Origin: Octopus sinensis
Taxonomy: Eukaryota
Assembly (NCBI RefSeq): GCF_006345805.1
Contig: NC_042998.1
Span: 115,444,001-115,508,000 of the forward strand
Direction of reading: 5' to 3'
DNA: 64,000 bases
Shown: in pieces, positions 37,681-50,737 of the stretch
Numbering within the stretch: position 1 is the first letter of the stretch
Layout of the letters: each line of letters opens with the position of its first letter
The notes under the pieces: generated by a model
What the model was told of the DNA's origin: nothing
Databases searched by the model: none
The model's input: the letters and a program-made list of their open reading frames with translations, nothing else
Translations under genes and position numbers: made by a program

Positions 37681-39363
37681 CCCCATACTGTCTGTTTTTT
37701 TTTTATAAATAAGTAGTACTGGTGGTGGTGGTGGGGGGGGGTCATACATCTTCAAAGCGTTCTTCTTTCTCTGCCGAAGTAGCATATTTAAGATTTCTCT
37801 GTGTACGATAGATACATTTACAAAAATTGCTTGTTTTTCGAGGTTTATCGTTTCTTATTCACTGAGAGACATTACTTCTTGGTCTAAGATTTTTTTAATA
37901 TTTATAATGACAGTCTTTACCTTTCAAATCCTCCCGTGAATGTATTTCCTACTGGCTGCTGTCTTCGAGAAAGACATAGCTTGCTTTATGCATTTATCGT
38001 TGTTGTTGTTGTTGTTGTTGTTGTCACTTGTTGTTGCTGTTTTGGCATTGATTTTTGTTGTTCTTACTGTTGGAGATGTTGCCGTGTATGATTTCCTTTT
38101 TGATAGTGGGGTTATTATTTTATTATTTTCATTCGCTTGTTGGTGCTATTTATGTTGTTAATGTAGCTACTACTGTTGTTGTTACTGTCGTTTGCTTTGC
38201 TATCAGACGAAGCTGATACAGCAGCATAAATACTCAGTTTGCTTTCATTATAACAAAACTGTTGCTCTCTTCCAATTCTCCATCTCTCCACCTGCTTTAT
38301 TTGTCACCTGCGACCTACGCCTCAACAAATATACGAAAGAAAAAACATATTTTCCAATCGAAGTAAAATTGACATCGGCAAGTCACACAAGAAATGGCAA
38401 CTTTAACCAAAAAGGAACTTACCCGTAGATAATATGTCCTTTCTATTCGTCATTACAAAAACTGGAACGAAAGCCAACTACTTTCTGAGTGAACATGACA
38501 GAGTGTACACAAAATTTCCGGAGCCGATGTCATGATATTTGCGGCTGACGGCCATATTAATAACAATTCCTCTTTTGACCACAAAGGCCGCAAAAACATT
38601 TAGGACAATTCAAAGAAACGTCTAAGAAATAAAACAATAACAATTTTCGAAAAACCTGCTTACGAACAAACTCCCTGACAGTGCGGAAAACACTACCCAA
38701 ATCCAAGGAACCCCACAAATCCCAAGCAACCCTACTTCCCGGAAGTACCAGGAAAAGTGCTCCTCTCTTCGTACTTTTTAGTCTACAAGATCCAGCTTAG
38801 AGTAGGGTCACTCACTAGTGTTATTCTAGGTACATTAACCCAATTTCCAACAAAGTTGCTGGTGATAGTGGTGAGGGACAGCACAACCCAATCAACCTTC
38901 ACCTTTCTTTTCAAATATAATTTTAAAATGTTGGTGAGGTCTTGACCAAAGAGGAAAGTGTCCACAATATCAATTCAGTCCACAATTTTAGTAACCGTTT
39001 CTAATGTAGGCACTGGACCTGAAATTTGAGGACAAGTGTTAATCAATGAAATCGACCTCAGTACTCGACCGATGCTTGAAAATTTCGATGTTGAAAATTT
39101 TATGATCAACGAGGTTACTTTTGCATTTCATCATTTCAGAGTCGATAAAATAAAGCACAAGTCAGATACCAGGGTTTGTGTTATCGACTTTCCCCCACCC
39201 CATCAAAATTTCCCTGTACCTAAGAATAATATAAAACATGATAATTATCTATGTATCATATCTAATGTGTATACGTCGTTGACAGGCAAGTTACTGGGGA
39301 TTTCGTCTGATATGAAATCTCCTTTGGACATAACATATATCTGAGAGAGGCAAAAAATCGTAC

Positions 39364-39483
39364 CGGCAGCGATTAGCGGGAACGCCAGATACATTTCGAC
39401 TTTGTTAGGGCTTGCCAATGACGTGTACTCGCGGGCATTCGTGTGCCGAGACGAGATTTGTCGACCCCGATAAAGAAAAAACA
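39364..39483 (-). CDS. Candidate symmetric exon (phase 1-1, 120 nt)
   Basis: TCATTTCAG| ... |GTACGA; open frame (V)FFLYRGRQISSRHTNAREYTSLASPNKVEMYLAFPLIAA; locally CpG-rich versus background. Confidence 0.25.
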
Positions 39484-39559
39484 CTGAAATGACTGGCATT
39501 GCGAATAAAATAAATAAAATGAAATGAAATAAAGCAATTAAAAGAAATTATTATTATTA

Positions 39560-39699
39560 TTATGATTGTTGTTGTTGTTGTTGTTGATGTTGCTGTTGTT
39601 GCTATTATCAATGTCCCTTCATCTGATGCCCTTGTTTTAAAAACTATTGCTATTATTAGTAGTAGTATTAGCAACAGCAACACAGCAGCAATGGTAGTG

Positions 39700-39741
<42 letters not shown>

Positions 39742-39822
39742 TAGTAGTAGTAGTAGTAGTAGCAGCAGCAACAGTAGTAGCAGTAGCAGCGGCAGTAGCA
39801 GCGGCAGTAGTAGTGGTGGTGA

Positions 39823-39868
<46 letters not shown>

Positions 39869-39900
39869 TGCATCGGTGGTGATTGTATTGGCAGTGGTAG
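39560..39900. repeat. Degenerate (TTG)/(TAG)/(CAG) trinucleotide tract
   Basis: Direct reading. Confidence 0.9.
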
Positions 39901-40054
39901 CAGATTGAATACACAGGTGAATGAAATGAATTTAATTAACATATTCATATCAGCCACCACCTTCTCATGAGAGAGGCTGTGATGGATGATGAGAATTAGA
40001 GAGGAATGACAGTGAAGAAGTTTACTTAGAGTGTTAAATGAACAAATGTTCTTC

Positions 40055-40056
<2 letters not shown>

Positions 40057-40110
<54 letters not shown>
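40057..40110. repeat. (AAT)n microsatellite
   Basis: Direct reading. Confidence 0.95.
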
Positions 40111-40111
<1 letters not shown>

Positions 40112-40439
40112 CAATGTCACAGCAGGCATATAATCCTAAACCATGAAACACAGTAATTGCCATGACATTGCCTATAGGAATAGTCCTTTTTTTTTTCTCT
40201 CTCTCCTTTTTTATCTGCTATTCTGCACGGAATGCCACGCCGAAATTACAGACTAACACTTGCTCAAGGATATGGATTTATATTAACATTAACGAATTTC
40301 TAACAAAATAAATTCCCTCCCCATAGTATTATTGATATGCAATAAGGATGTCTTATCTTTCTTGGTCTCAAGGAAGGTAACACGTGTTAGAAGTGTATGG
40401 TTGTGTACGTGTACATCTCTGATTAATAAAAGTAATAAC

Positions 40440-40658
40440 ATTGGTTTCAAATTTTGGCACAAGGCCAGCGATTTCGGAGGAGGGGATAAGTCGATTATAT
40501 CGACCCCAATTGATTAACTCATGCTTATTTTATCGACCCTGAAAGTTTTGAAAGCATAGTCGACCTCTGCGAAATTTGAACTCAGAACGTAAACACGGAC
40601 AAAATACCGCTAAGCATTTTAGCCGGCGTGTTAACTATTCTGCAAGCTTATCGCCTTA
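40440..40658 (-). mobile_element. tRNA-derived SINE family C
   Basis: Minus strand AAGGCGATAAGCTTGCAGAATAGTTAACACGCC...GTTCTGAGTTCAAATT...GAGGTCGAC...GGGTCGATAAAATAAG; related copies listed separately and also ~17600-17700, 39030-39220, 48640-48780, 54075-54500. Confidence 0.75.
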
Positions 40659-41196
40659 ATAAAAGTTATAATATTGAGTTCTCTGTCCACATGGTAAAGA
40701 AGCACTTGTCATATATATGGCTACAACCCAACTATGTCACACCATCACTAACACTAGCTCTTGGCATCTCTTTCGATGCACCTAGTTGTTGTTAGTATTG
40801 TGTAGTATGCTGATGATTAAGCCCGGTGGTGCGGAAATATGGTCATCACAACCCTGATGAGATTTCATCTCATAATATAGTTCCTATAAAGTTATTTTGT
40901 CTAAATTGTATTTTCTTTTTGGCGATAGTAGTGTGAGATTTGAGGAACATTTGGCTGTTATTTATTGTTGTTCGCTCGATCAATTAATTGATTAATCGCT
41001 GGAGCGCAGTTGACTTAGAGACAAAAATGAATAGTTATTTTGATTAATCCCAGCCCAAACTCGATCGAGTTGAATATATTCCGACCATAGCTATAATATA
41101 CTTATATGAGTACTAAATTATATACTGATTCAGTTGCTTTTTATGGCGACTGCCTAAATTTGAGGAATATTAAGGTTGATATTATACAATATGATA

Positions 41197-41375
41197 AGGC
41201 ACCGAACTGGCAGAAACGTTAGCACGCCAGGCATTTCAACAGTCTTTAGATTGTGAGTTCAAATGCTGTCGAGATCGAGATCCTTTATGGGTCGATAAAA
41301 CGTGTACCAACTGATCACTGGCCTCAGTGTAATTGACTTAACCACTCCCACGAAATTGTTGGCTTTTATATTATA
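41197..41375 (+). mobile_element. SINE family C copy
   Basis: AAGGCACCGAACTGGCAGAAACGTTAGCACGCC...GAGTTCAAAT...GGGTCGATAAAA. Confidence 0.7.
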
Positions 41376-41539
41376 CAATATGAAACAGCAATGTAGAAAC
41401 TCCCTTGTAACTCGAGTTGGCGTCGGTATGTGTTACGATGGATATATTTGTGATCATTACTGATTAGAAGTGTGTCGGTCACAATATTTTCGCAATATAA
41501 AATGAAAAAGAAAAAAATGAGATCTCAGACAACACAATA

Positions 41540-42330
41540 ATATAAGTGGGAGATATAGTTGAAAATTTGTGCACTAGTAACAAAGATATTTTTTTATTTG
41601 TTAAATCTGCAAGGGCCCATGACCGTAGCGAGTTCATATTGAGACTAATGTCTTTAATATTCCTCATGTGTGTCCTGCAGGTGTTGATTACTAAGATAGA
41701 CATGAATGAGGAGCAGATTCAAGGGATCCGATATTCTGGGGATGAAATATTTCGAATAATGATCAGAGTAGGAAAAGGAGGATTGGGCGCACTAAGGGGA
41801 GTGAGAAGTGGAGAGGTGAGTAAGCCGGAAGAAACTTTCCATCGAATAACTCCCTAACATCTTAAGAAACAAAAAACACATTGCAGAATGTGGTCTTAGT
41901 TACATTCTGTCTGAAATTATGATGGGATATTTTGCAACGTGAGCGCCTTTCACGTTAGTTTGCTTCATAGAAGCTGACAAGGAAATAAAAATAACTATAA
42001 TATCACACTTCCTAGAGGAACAGGTCAATGTTAATTCAGATTTGAAGGAACAGTTATAGGTCTGTTAATGTTAACAGAACATGTCTCTTTTATGATTAAT
42101 TCTTGAGGAAATACACCATATTCTTGTTGAATGTTTGCCACTAGACATGAATTATAATTGGAATATAGCAATGCAAATATTTTAGCATCTGTGACCAGCA
42201 TTTCCTTTTTAAAGACAATATCTTTGGAGTTAAATTGGAGTTAAATTCCATCTGTTTGATAACAGGGAAGTCTCTATGTAATCACTTTCCTTCAACTTCT
42301 TCCATACTAACTTAGGAAAAATGTGACATC
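41540..42330 (-). mobile_element. Very degraded LINE endonuclease-like remnant
   Basis: Weak resemblance to CR1 APE endonuclease motifs (GDFN-like GCAGATTTAAC); low certainty. Confidence 0.3.
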
Positions 42331-43048
42331 AACCAACGTTGCTTGGAGTATAAATTTGAGCATATATTAGCTTGTTCAAGGCAGATCTCGGGTGAAACAG
42401 CAACAACAGCAGCAGTAGTAGCAGCATCAATAACACCACCACTGTCAACAGCAACAACAATACCGACAACAATAACTATGCAAATAAAGTGTAATCACGA
42501 GTTAATAAACCACATAAAATATCATAAAAATAACTAATAAAAATAACTAGTAAATAATGTTTCAATAACTGGCATAGCAGTGACGTGTATTGTATAGAAA
42601 CAAACTGAAAAGCAAACGTGTAATGTATATATAAGTATTCAGGAATGTGTATAGTGATGAGTAGAAACAATAAGTAATGTGCAGAAACAAGCTAAAAAGT
42701 AACAGAATTGCACCGACGTCTCTATTGTATGACACGTAAAATATATGTCCAATTATTTCATTTTTAATTGTAATTGATGAAGCAGGAATGATGTAGACTC
42801 GCTTTTGTAAATACTTCGTCATTGTTTTCTATAAGCATTGACAAAGACACGTTCCAGAAAATAGCAATACAAACTATACTTTTTATACAGAGTAAGAACA
42901 TTCTTTCGAAGTATTTGTTAAATCTTGGATATTTATATGCATGTCTTCTAAGATTTACAACATGTCTTCCTTTCAAGCATTCTTTGTTAGATAAGAAAGG
43001 AAATTTCTGAGTATCACTAAAACATAATAATATTAATAATAATACTAA

Positions 43049-43102
<54 letters not shown>

Positions 43103-43259
43103 CAGCAGCAGCAGCAGTAATGAGGAGGAGGAGGAGGAAGTCTGTTTTGTGTAATAAAGGAAAATGAAGGAAATAAGAAAACTTTTCTTTATATATAGGA
43201 AGACAATAACGTGGAGAATACAAACTCCACTGGACTAAATAAGAACAAAACAGAAAGAA

Positions 43260-43560
43260 ATTTTTAAGAAAATGACAAAATCAAAAATGAAATCCAAAAT
43301 ATACCAAGGAAATAATGATAAAAACCATTTCATGAGCCATATCCATCAAGTGAGGACATAACCCAAAGTAAATATCAGCAGTAACCCAAAAGTTCTGAGC
43401 TGCAAGCAAAAATAGATGGCCTAACTTTAGCTACGTCGGACTAAAACCTAGCCCTCAATGACTGCAAAAGGAAAAGAAGCTAACATGAAATGCAGACTAT
43501 GCAATGAGGTAATTTGACTATGTCATTTCTGGCCCAGTTCTTTGCAAGTCCGTATAAGTT
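43260..43560 (+). mobile_element. Non-LTR retrotransposon C-terminal fragment (R4/Dong-like CCHC region, tentative)
   Basis: IDGLTLATSD*NL and KCRLCNE..DYVISG resemble EG.I.A.QDQ.L and KCRLC...ETI.H..SGC. Confidence 0.4.
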
Positions 43561-43630
43561 AGGCGACACGATCGCGCCGGAACTATTTCTATTCTACAAA
43601 CGTAGAATAACGCAAAATTGATTTTATTAT

Positions 43631-44261
43631 AACGTAGGGTGTACTAGCCATCTGAATGTGGCTAGCCACTGGGGGTGGGGTGTTACTGATGCTTTTAGCC
43701 CCAGGAGATCAACGTCACCAGATGGACTTTAGACACTATCTCAGTGTCCTTGTGTTATTTGCAAAGGGAGGTCATCCTCCCTCGAAGACCTAGGTACTAC
43801 ATACGGACTATAGTTTCAAGGTAATTGCCTCTCGTCAACGCATGGTAAGCACCGGTCTTCGATGAAGGAGTCCCCTTGCAAATAAATATATTCACAGCAA
43901 CCACTGTCACTGATTTAGAAAAACTGTCTGAAAACAATAATAAATCTCTGAACGAGATATAAACAGTAACCGCTCGACAACGTAGGGTGTACTAGCCATC
44001 TGAATGTGGCTAGCCACTGGGGGTGGGGTGTTACTGATGCTTTTAGCCCCAGGCGATCAACGTACTAGCCATCTGAATGTGGCTTGCAAATAATACAAGG
44101 ACACTGAGATAGTGTCTAAAGTCCATCTGGTGACGTTGATCGCCTGGGACTAAAAGCATCAGTAACACCCCACCCCCAGTGGCTAGCCACATTCAGATGG
44201 CTAGTACACCCTACGTTGTCGAGCGGTTACTGTTTATATCTCGTTCAGAGATTTATTATTG
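43631..44261. repeat. Structured element present as direct copy plus 129-bp inverted repeat
   Basis: Unit 43631-43764 recurs partially at 43979-44063 and inverted at 44084-44217; arms 43935-44063 and 44133-44261 differ at one position. Confidence 0.9.
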
Positions 44262-44601
44262 ATTTTATTATAATTAAACATAAACACAGATTTATATACT
44301 AAAGAGTCAATATGAATATTTTATGAAAATCACTTAAATTATCATATTTTTCTTCGATTTCCAAAGCTTGTTTTAATTTGTTTATATTATTTGTTTTCGC
44401 GAAAATAGAGAATAATTTTGTCCTCAAAACTATTTAGAATTTTAGGCTTTCGTTTGGTTTTTAACTTTTCAATCGTAAATTTTGAATCGCAAATTTTTAA
44501 AGCTGTTATTGAAAAATGCATATCTAACTAACCCCAAGCTTTTGGATTTACGGTATCAAACTATTTCATTTTTTTCTTCTTTCTTTCATTTTCTTTTATC
44601 A

Positions 44602-44646
<45 letters not shown>

Positions 44647-44899
44647 AGCTGCTGTTGCTACTACTACTACTACTACTGCTACTACTACTACTACTACTGC
44701 TACTGCCGCTGCTACTGCTGCTGCTGCTGCCATTACTAGATTGAGACCCTTCTCGTACCCGTCGGTTTCTTTTACATCCTTTCTCCCTTACTCTTTCTTG
44801 GTATTGTGCCGGAATCAGTTTGGTCAATAAAATCCATTCAACATTCAGCAAACTACCCCTTGCTTTCATTCCATCTCACCCCCCATCCTTTATCACAAT

Positions 44900-45148
44900 C
44901 ACTGCCATCCTCGCCATCATCATCATCATCATTATCATCATCATCATCGTCGTCGTCGTCGTTGTGATCATCATCATTGTCGTCGTCATCGTCATTAGGG
45001 TCGTCGTCCTCACCATCATCATCATCGTCGTCGTCGTCGTCGTGATCCTCATCATCGTCGTCGTGATCATCATCATCGTCATCGTCATCAGGGTCGTCGT
45101 CATCGTCATTAGGGTCGTCATTATCGTCATCAGGGTCGTCGTCATCAC

Positions 45149-45186
<38 letters not shown>

Positions 45187-45190
45187 ATTT
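44900..45190. repeat. Mosaic (CAT/CGT)n tract
   Basis: Direct reading. Confidence 0.9.
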
Positions 45191-46454
45191 ATCCCCATCG
45201 TCCTCTTCGTGGCTGTCGTCGTGGTTGCGGTCGTGTAGTCTTCATCATCTTAATCATTGTTAACAACATCATCTTTCTTACCGACCTTGTTTGTAATCAT
45301 GAACATTGCTGCTGTTTTCTTTTCTCTAATGTTCCGCGTCGTTGTTGTTGGTGATGGTCAGGTTGTACATGTCCAGTTTTTATCCTCAATCCAAAGCATT
45401 CCAGCTGTGAACATATTGTCTGTCCATTTTTGCAAGAATCAATGGATACTTTCCTTCAAGTCATAAATAACATGGCTTAAGTGGATGTCACTGTTACTTT
45501 TAGTAACTCGGACAATCTTGTTGCCTCTATAGTGGTGACTCTACAAGCGGTGAACACTTTTATTTATTTATTTATTATTGACGACCATTCGTTTTTTTTT
45601 TTTTTCAGATTATGGATTATTTTAGATTTTTTTTTCCAGATTATTTTCGACTTGGAGTGATTCGTTGATTGAAGAGATAGAATAGTGGAGAACGAGAGAG
45701 AACGATAGATATAAGAAGGTAGAAAATAAGAAAATCGAATGACTGAAAGAAAGGAAGAAATACGAAAGGAGAGATAAAAATTAATAATGAAGGAGTGAAA
45801 GAAAAATAGAAAGAAAGAAAGAAAATAGAGCATTTGTGCCTGAATGAATGAAGGAAAGACAGAAAAAAAGGAAGGAAAGAATGGCAGAAAGGCTGAAAAA
45901 ATGTGACAGATAGAAAGAAATTGCGAAAGAAAGTGAGTAAAATAGGAAAGAAAAATAAAAAAAACTAATGAAAGAATAAATGAAAGAAGCAATGAATGAA
46001 GATAAAAAAATTAAAATTGGAGAAAGAAATCAGATTGAAAGAAGGAAAATTAAAGAAATAGATAAACGATATGTTAAAAAATAAGAAGAAAAAATGAGAA
46101 GAAAAGGTTAAGGAAAATGACAATAAAAAGAAGAGTAAGAACGAAAGTGAGAAGGGTGCGGTTATTTGATGGATTAAGGTAAAGGCAGAAATATGTGTAG
46201 CTATGTGTGAAATTCTCGATGGAATGTGTAAAGTTTCCCCTAGGGGGCAAGTATATAAGAGAGATAATTTGCTTTCGGTTCGGAAGCCCCTGTTAATGAG
46301 CGAACATGAGAACATGTATGTGAATGACAGTCATAGAACATGTACAAAAACTACAACAAAAAACATTACTTGTAGTAACAGGCAGCAACAACAAAAATAA
46401 CAATAACAACAGCAACAACAATAATACAAATAATAACTACTATTACAATAATAA

Positions 46455-46850
46455 TCTTTTCTGAAAAAGGCACAAGGGCATAAGGGAATATTCAATTATA
46501 TCGATATAACTCCTCGGTAGGTACTTTATTTTATCGAACCCGGTGGGATGAAAGGCAATAGTGGCCTCAGCGTGATTTGAACTCAGAGCGAAAGGAGCCA
46601 GATAAATTAACGTAAAACATTTTTCAGATGCTCTTATGATTCTGCTAATCCACCGTTTCAAACAATTTCTTGCATAAGCACAGCACCAGTAGTTCTGAAG
46701 GTGGGGTTAGTCGATTGCATCAGTCTCATTACTAGGCTGGTGCTTTATTTATCGACGAGTGAGTATTGAAAAGAAAAATTGAGCTCGGCAGGATTTGAAC
46801 TGAGAACGTAGAAAGCATTTTGTCCGACGCTTTAACAGTTCTGCCATCCT
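46455..46850 (-). mobile_element. Two adjacent degraded SINE family C copies
   Basis: Two occurrences of TTTATCGA...GATTTGAACT(C/G)AGA block at ~46530-46590 and ~46750-46810. Confidence 0.6.
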
Positions 46851-47435
46851 ACCACACGTAATAAGTTACTTAGTCTATTACATCAACAGAACTCTTACAC
46901 AAGTACTTTATAATATGGACCCCGAAGTAATGAAAAACATAATTGACTTAGTGGGGGGGGGGCATTTGGACCAAGAACGTGAAGATATGGAACAAATGTT
47001 ATAAACGAAAAGGGAGGTGAAAGATATACAACAATTATGGACAAGTTGAAAATGTAAGGATACCATTCAATTACTGACTCAGTCAATAAAAATGTTAATA
47101 AAAATAATAATTAAACAAATATGTGTGTGTATGTGTGTGTGTGTTTGGGTGCTATTTGCTTTGATTCCGACAGCCAACCGCTCCGATTGTGCGCAAATTC
47201 TTTACATCACTTTTCCATTTATTCATAGGACTATTTATTGCTGGACAACGCAGAAACTTCCGTGAGAACTTGTTTTTTAGAAGACAAGCATCGACGTACT
47301 GAGGATAGGAGCGAATGTTACGTTTTAGTCTCGTAAATTTGTATTGGTATTCTATTTTTCCTGTTTTTCACTTTGATCCATTTCTTCTCCGATCAGCAGT
47401 GCATCAGGTAAATTCGCATACGAATATATACATAC

Positions 47436-47570
47436 CATCAATTCTTTTTTGACTTTCCCAAGGCCTGTGATTTTCTCTTCATTCGAGACGGAGATGGGTC
47501 TAGGTCTCCTCTTCACAAGAGACTTAGTCCTTTTCACACTTTTTATTTGTTGATTATAACTGTGAGACAT
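47436..47570 (-). CDS. Candidate first coding exon MSHSYNQQIKSVKRTKSLVKRRPRPISVSNEEKITGLGKVKKELM
   Basis: CCAA-ATG, 45 open codons of non-repetitive sequence, then donor GTATGT (phase 0). Protein not recognised. Confidence 0.4.
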
Positions 47571-47614
47571 TTGGAGTGTAAACGGGGATACGTTTTCGCA
47601 AAAGAAAAAATGTC

Positions 47615-47759
47615 AGGCGCAGTGGCTGTGTAGTAAGAAGCTTGGTTCCCAACCACATGGTTCCGAGTTCAGCCCCACTGCGTGGCAACTTCAGCAAGTA
47701 TATTTTACTATAGCCTTGGACTGAGTGGATTTGGTAGACGGAAACTGAAAGACACCCGT

Positions 47760-47834
<75 letters not shown>

Positions 47835-48115
47835 AACTATCCCTATATATATATATATAGATATATATATATATATATAGGGATAGTTTACGAAAAAAAC
47901 AGAAGACGAAGACAGGTGGTGTGCAAAACAAACAGATGTATTAGTATAACGCTCAGGAATAGAAGACTTTTACGTTTCGAGCCAAAAGTGACCGATATAA
48001 TAAATACTAGGTTTACAAAGAATATGTTCTGGGCTCTATTTGTTCGACTAAAGGCGGTGCTCCAACATGGTCGCAATCAAATGACTGAAGCAAATAAAAG
48101 AATAAAAAAAGAAAT
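47615..48115 (+). mobile_element. SINE family A with an inserted fragment in its internal (TA)n tract
   Basis: Head and tail match the 50320 copy; 47880-47983 is foreign sequence. Confidence 0.8.
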
Positions 48116-49059
48116 AGTTCTCTTCACCCTCCACCTGGTCCCCATCCCTATAATACATAGGGTAGGAGTAAAACAGTTGTGAGATTGTGATAGGGGGTTT
48201 TCTTGTCATTCAGCTACTCATTGCTTTGGCTGTTATTGCCATGGCTGTGGGTCATTCTACATTGTCTATCGCTTCCTCATTGTGACCACCGGTCACGGTT
48301 GGAGGAAAGGGTTCTTAAATATATTGTCCAAATCTTGGAATAGATCCTTTCATATATCTCCTACATTTCTTTGATGTCATTTTAAAAGTAGCAACATACT
48401 TTTTCCTAGTTGGTGTCCTAGATAGCGGATATCAATTTCTTCTCAAAAATTATAGGTGCAGTATAACGTCAATTGTATATCGTATAATTTGTTTAGGAAA
48501 CCAACTTTTGTGTCAACTTCCAAATATTTCGAACCTTAAAGAAAGCAAGCAGAAAGCGTGATCTATAATAATAATTATTATTTCTGACTAAACATTTCTG
48601 ACTAAAAATTTCCAGAATGATACAGTTGATACAGTCGGCCCAAGAACTCAACTTGTACGTTATTTAATTAACTTTCGTAGTAGGAAAGGCTAATTTGATC
48701 TTAACAACATTCGAGCTGAGAAGGTAAACGGCTGCAAGATAATTTCTTAGATACCCTAACGCTTCTGCTAACCCAATAATAAGAATTTGCCAAATTAAAG
48801 TGGTTATTTATTTTGATGTGATTCGGGTAGCATAAACTAAAAAGGAGATATTGCTTCGAGTCCGTTAGTTTATAATAGATGTCAGTTATAATTTCGTTGT
48901 CGACTTTTTATCATATATCCAAAAATGAGAGCTTTTCTTTGCTATATTCTTTTGTGGATTGAATGTCATGGTTTATATTATTTAGAGTTGATGTGAATTC
49001 CAAAAGTTTATCAATGGTCTCCTTCTAAATGATAAAACAGTTTTCTTTTATATAATAGA

Positions 49060-49588
49060 CTAGCAGTATCGCCCGGCGTTGCTCGGGTTTGTAAGGGAAA
49101 TAACTATATAAGCATTTTTAGAGAGTTATAGCAAAAAAATGCATTAAAAATGGAATAAAAAATGATGATAATTTTTTTTTAAATCGTTGACTCAGTGTCT
49201 TCAAGCCATGAAGTCGTTGTTCTAAAAGAACGCTGGTTTCCTTAACAACGCATTACGACGTTGATTTCTTTACACTCCCTTCCCCACAGCTTCACGAGGG
49301 AGGGAAGGGGGAGAAGCAAACAGGTGCAGCTGTGAGCGTGGACGCCAACTCCGCCGCTATCGACACACGATGCATTTTATGCATTAAAATGGAATAAAAA
49401 ATGATGTTAAATTATTTTTAAAATCGTAGACTCATCGTTGACGCGCGCTAATAGTCAGACGGGCTCGATATGAATCACGACTATAAGATACCCGAATTTG
49501 GTTAAACTGCACCGCAAAATGTGGGAGGAGTTAGGAATCTAATCGAAGGGGACAGACACTCACACAACTAGAGTTTTATATATATAGA
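49060..49588 (-). mobile_element. Non-autonomous Helitron, complete termini (529 bp)
   Basis: Minus strand A|TCTATATATATAAAACTC ... CCCGAGCAACGCCGGG-CGATACTG-CTAG|T; AT target site, no TSD. Confidence 0.92.
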
Positions 49589-50319
49589 TAACCATATTTT
49601 TGCAGTAATACTTCATATATGGTGAATTCAAAATGATTCATTATTAGGTTCAGTAAATTTACATATGGGAGGAACTTCTATATTCATTGTCAGTCTTTCC
49701 TTCAACTGGTGCTCTAAAAGCAGATGAGTACATATCTAGAGATGAAACAGCCTTATTGAAGTTTTTCTCTATTGCCTTCGTCGTACTAAATCTATTAATA
49801 TATGGATCGAGTTAAAGAAGTTACTACCCATTCCTTGCCAAAGAAAGGAAGTCATGTGAAAGCCACGATGATCTCGCTTGACAGTCAAATCCCTTACAAC
49901 CCATAGTAACTCAACATATTAACAATGTACAGACACAAATGGAGCATATACGCCTAACTGATGACAACATCGTGCTTGTAGACTTTATTCTGTACCTGCA
50001 ATGCACCTTGATAACACTGCCAAGCCGAGGAATCTTGGAATTTATATATATACTCAAAAGAACAAAATTTCTCCGGAAGAGACAATATATATTGATGTTC
50101 GAAGCAACACACATGGTCATCGTTCAATTTTCCAACCAATATTCTATGAGATGCAAAAATTGCCATTACAGTAGCAGCATGTCTTCCTGGTAGAACAGCA
50201 TAAGTGAATGGCAGCTTTCTAAATGCCAAATGTAAAATCTGCGGAAACAATAGGTTTAAAATCAAAGTTCATTCGAAGTGACAGAAACGCGCTACTGAAT
50301 TTTTTTTTTACGATATATA

Positions 50320-50737
50320 GGCGCAGGAGTGGCTGTGTGGTAAGTAGCTTGCTAACCAACCACATGGTTCCGGGATCAGTCCCACTGCGTGGCATCTTCG
50401 GCAAGTGTCTTCTGCTATAGCCCTGGGCCGACCAATGCCTTGTGAGTGGATTTGGTAGACGGAAACTGAAAGAAGCCTGTCGTATATATGTATATATATA
50501 TAAGTGTGTGTGTATATGTTTGTGTGTCTGTGTTTGTCCCCCTAGCATTGCTTGACAACCGATGCTGGTGTCTTTACGCCCCCGTCACTTAGCGGTTCGG
50601 CAAAAGAGACCGATAGAATAAGTACTGGGCTTACAAAGAATAAGTCCCGGGGTCGATTTGCTCGACTAAAGGCGGTGCTTCAGCATGGCCGCAGTCAAGT
50701 GACTGAAACAAGTAAAAGAGTAAAAGAGTAAAGAGTA
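50320..50737 (+). mobile_element. Full-length tRNA-derived SINE family A
   Basis: A box TGGCTGTGTGG, B-box-like GGGATCAGTCCC, central (TA)/(TG) tract, tail GGCGGTGCTTCAGCATGGCCGCAG and (AAAGAGT)n end; many fragments elsewhere in window. Confidence 0.9.

Noticed and set aside
40845-40885. CTGATGAG-ATTTCAT-CTC resembling a hammerhead first half
   Set aside because: No GAAA box or stem I/III pairing follows.
44990-45120. Isolated TTAGGG hexamers
   Set aside because: Single copies embedded in a CAT/CGT mosaic, not an interstitial telomeric array.
50320-50400. tRNA-like A and B boxes here and at other SINE heads
   Set aside because: No cloverleaf or anticodon arm; they continue into repeated SINE bodies.
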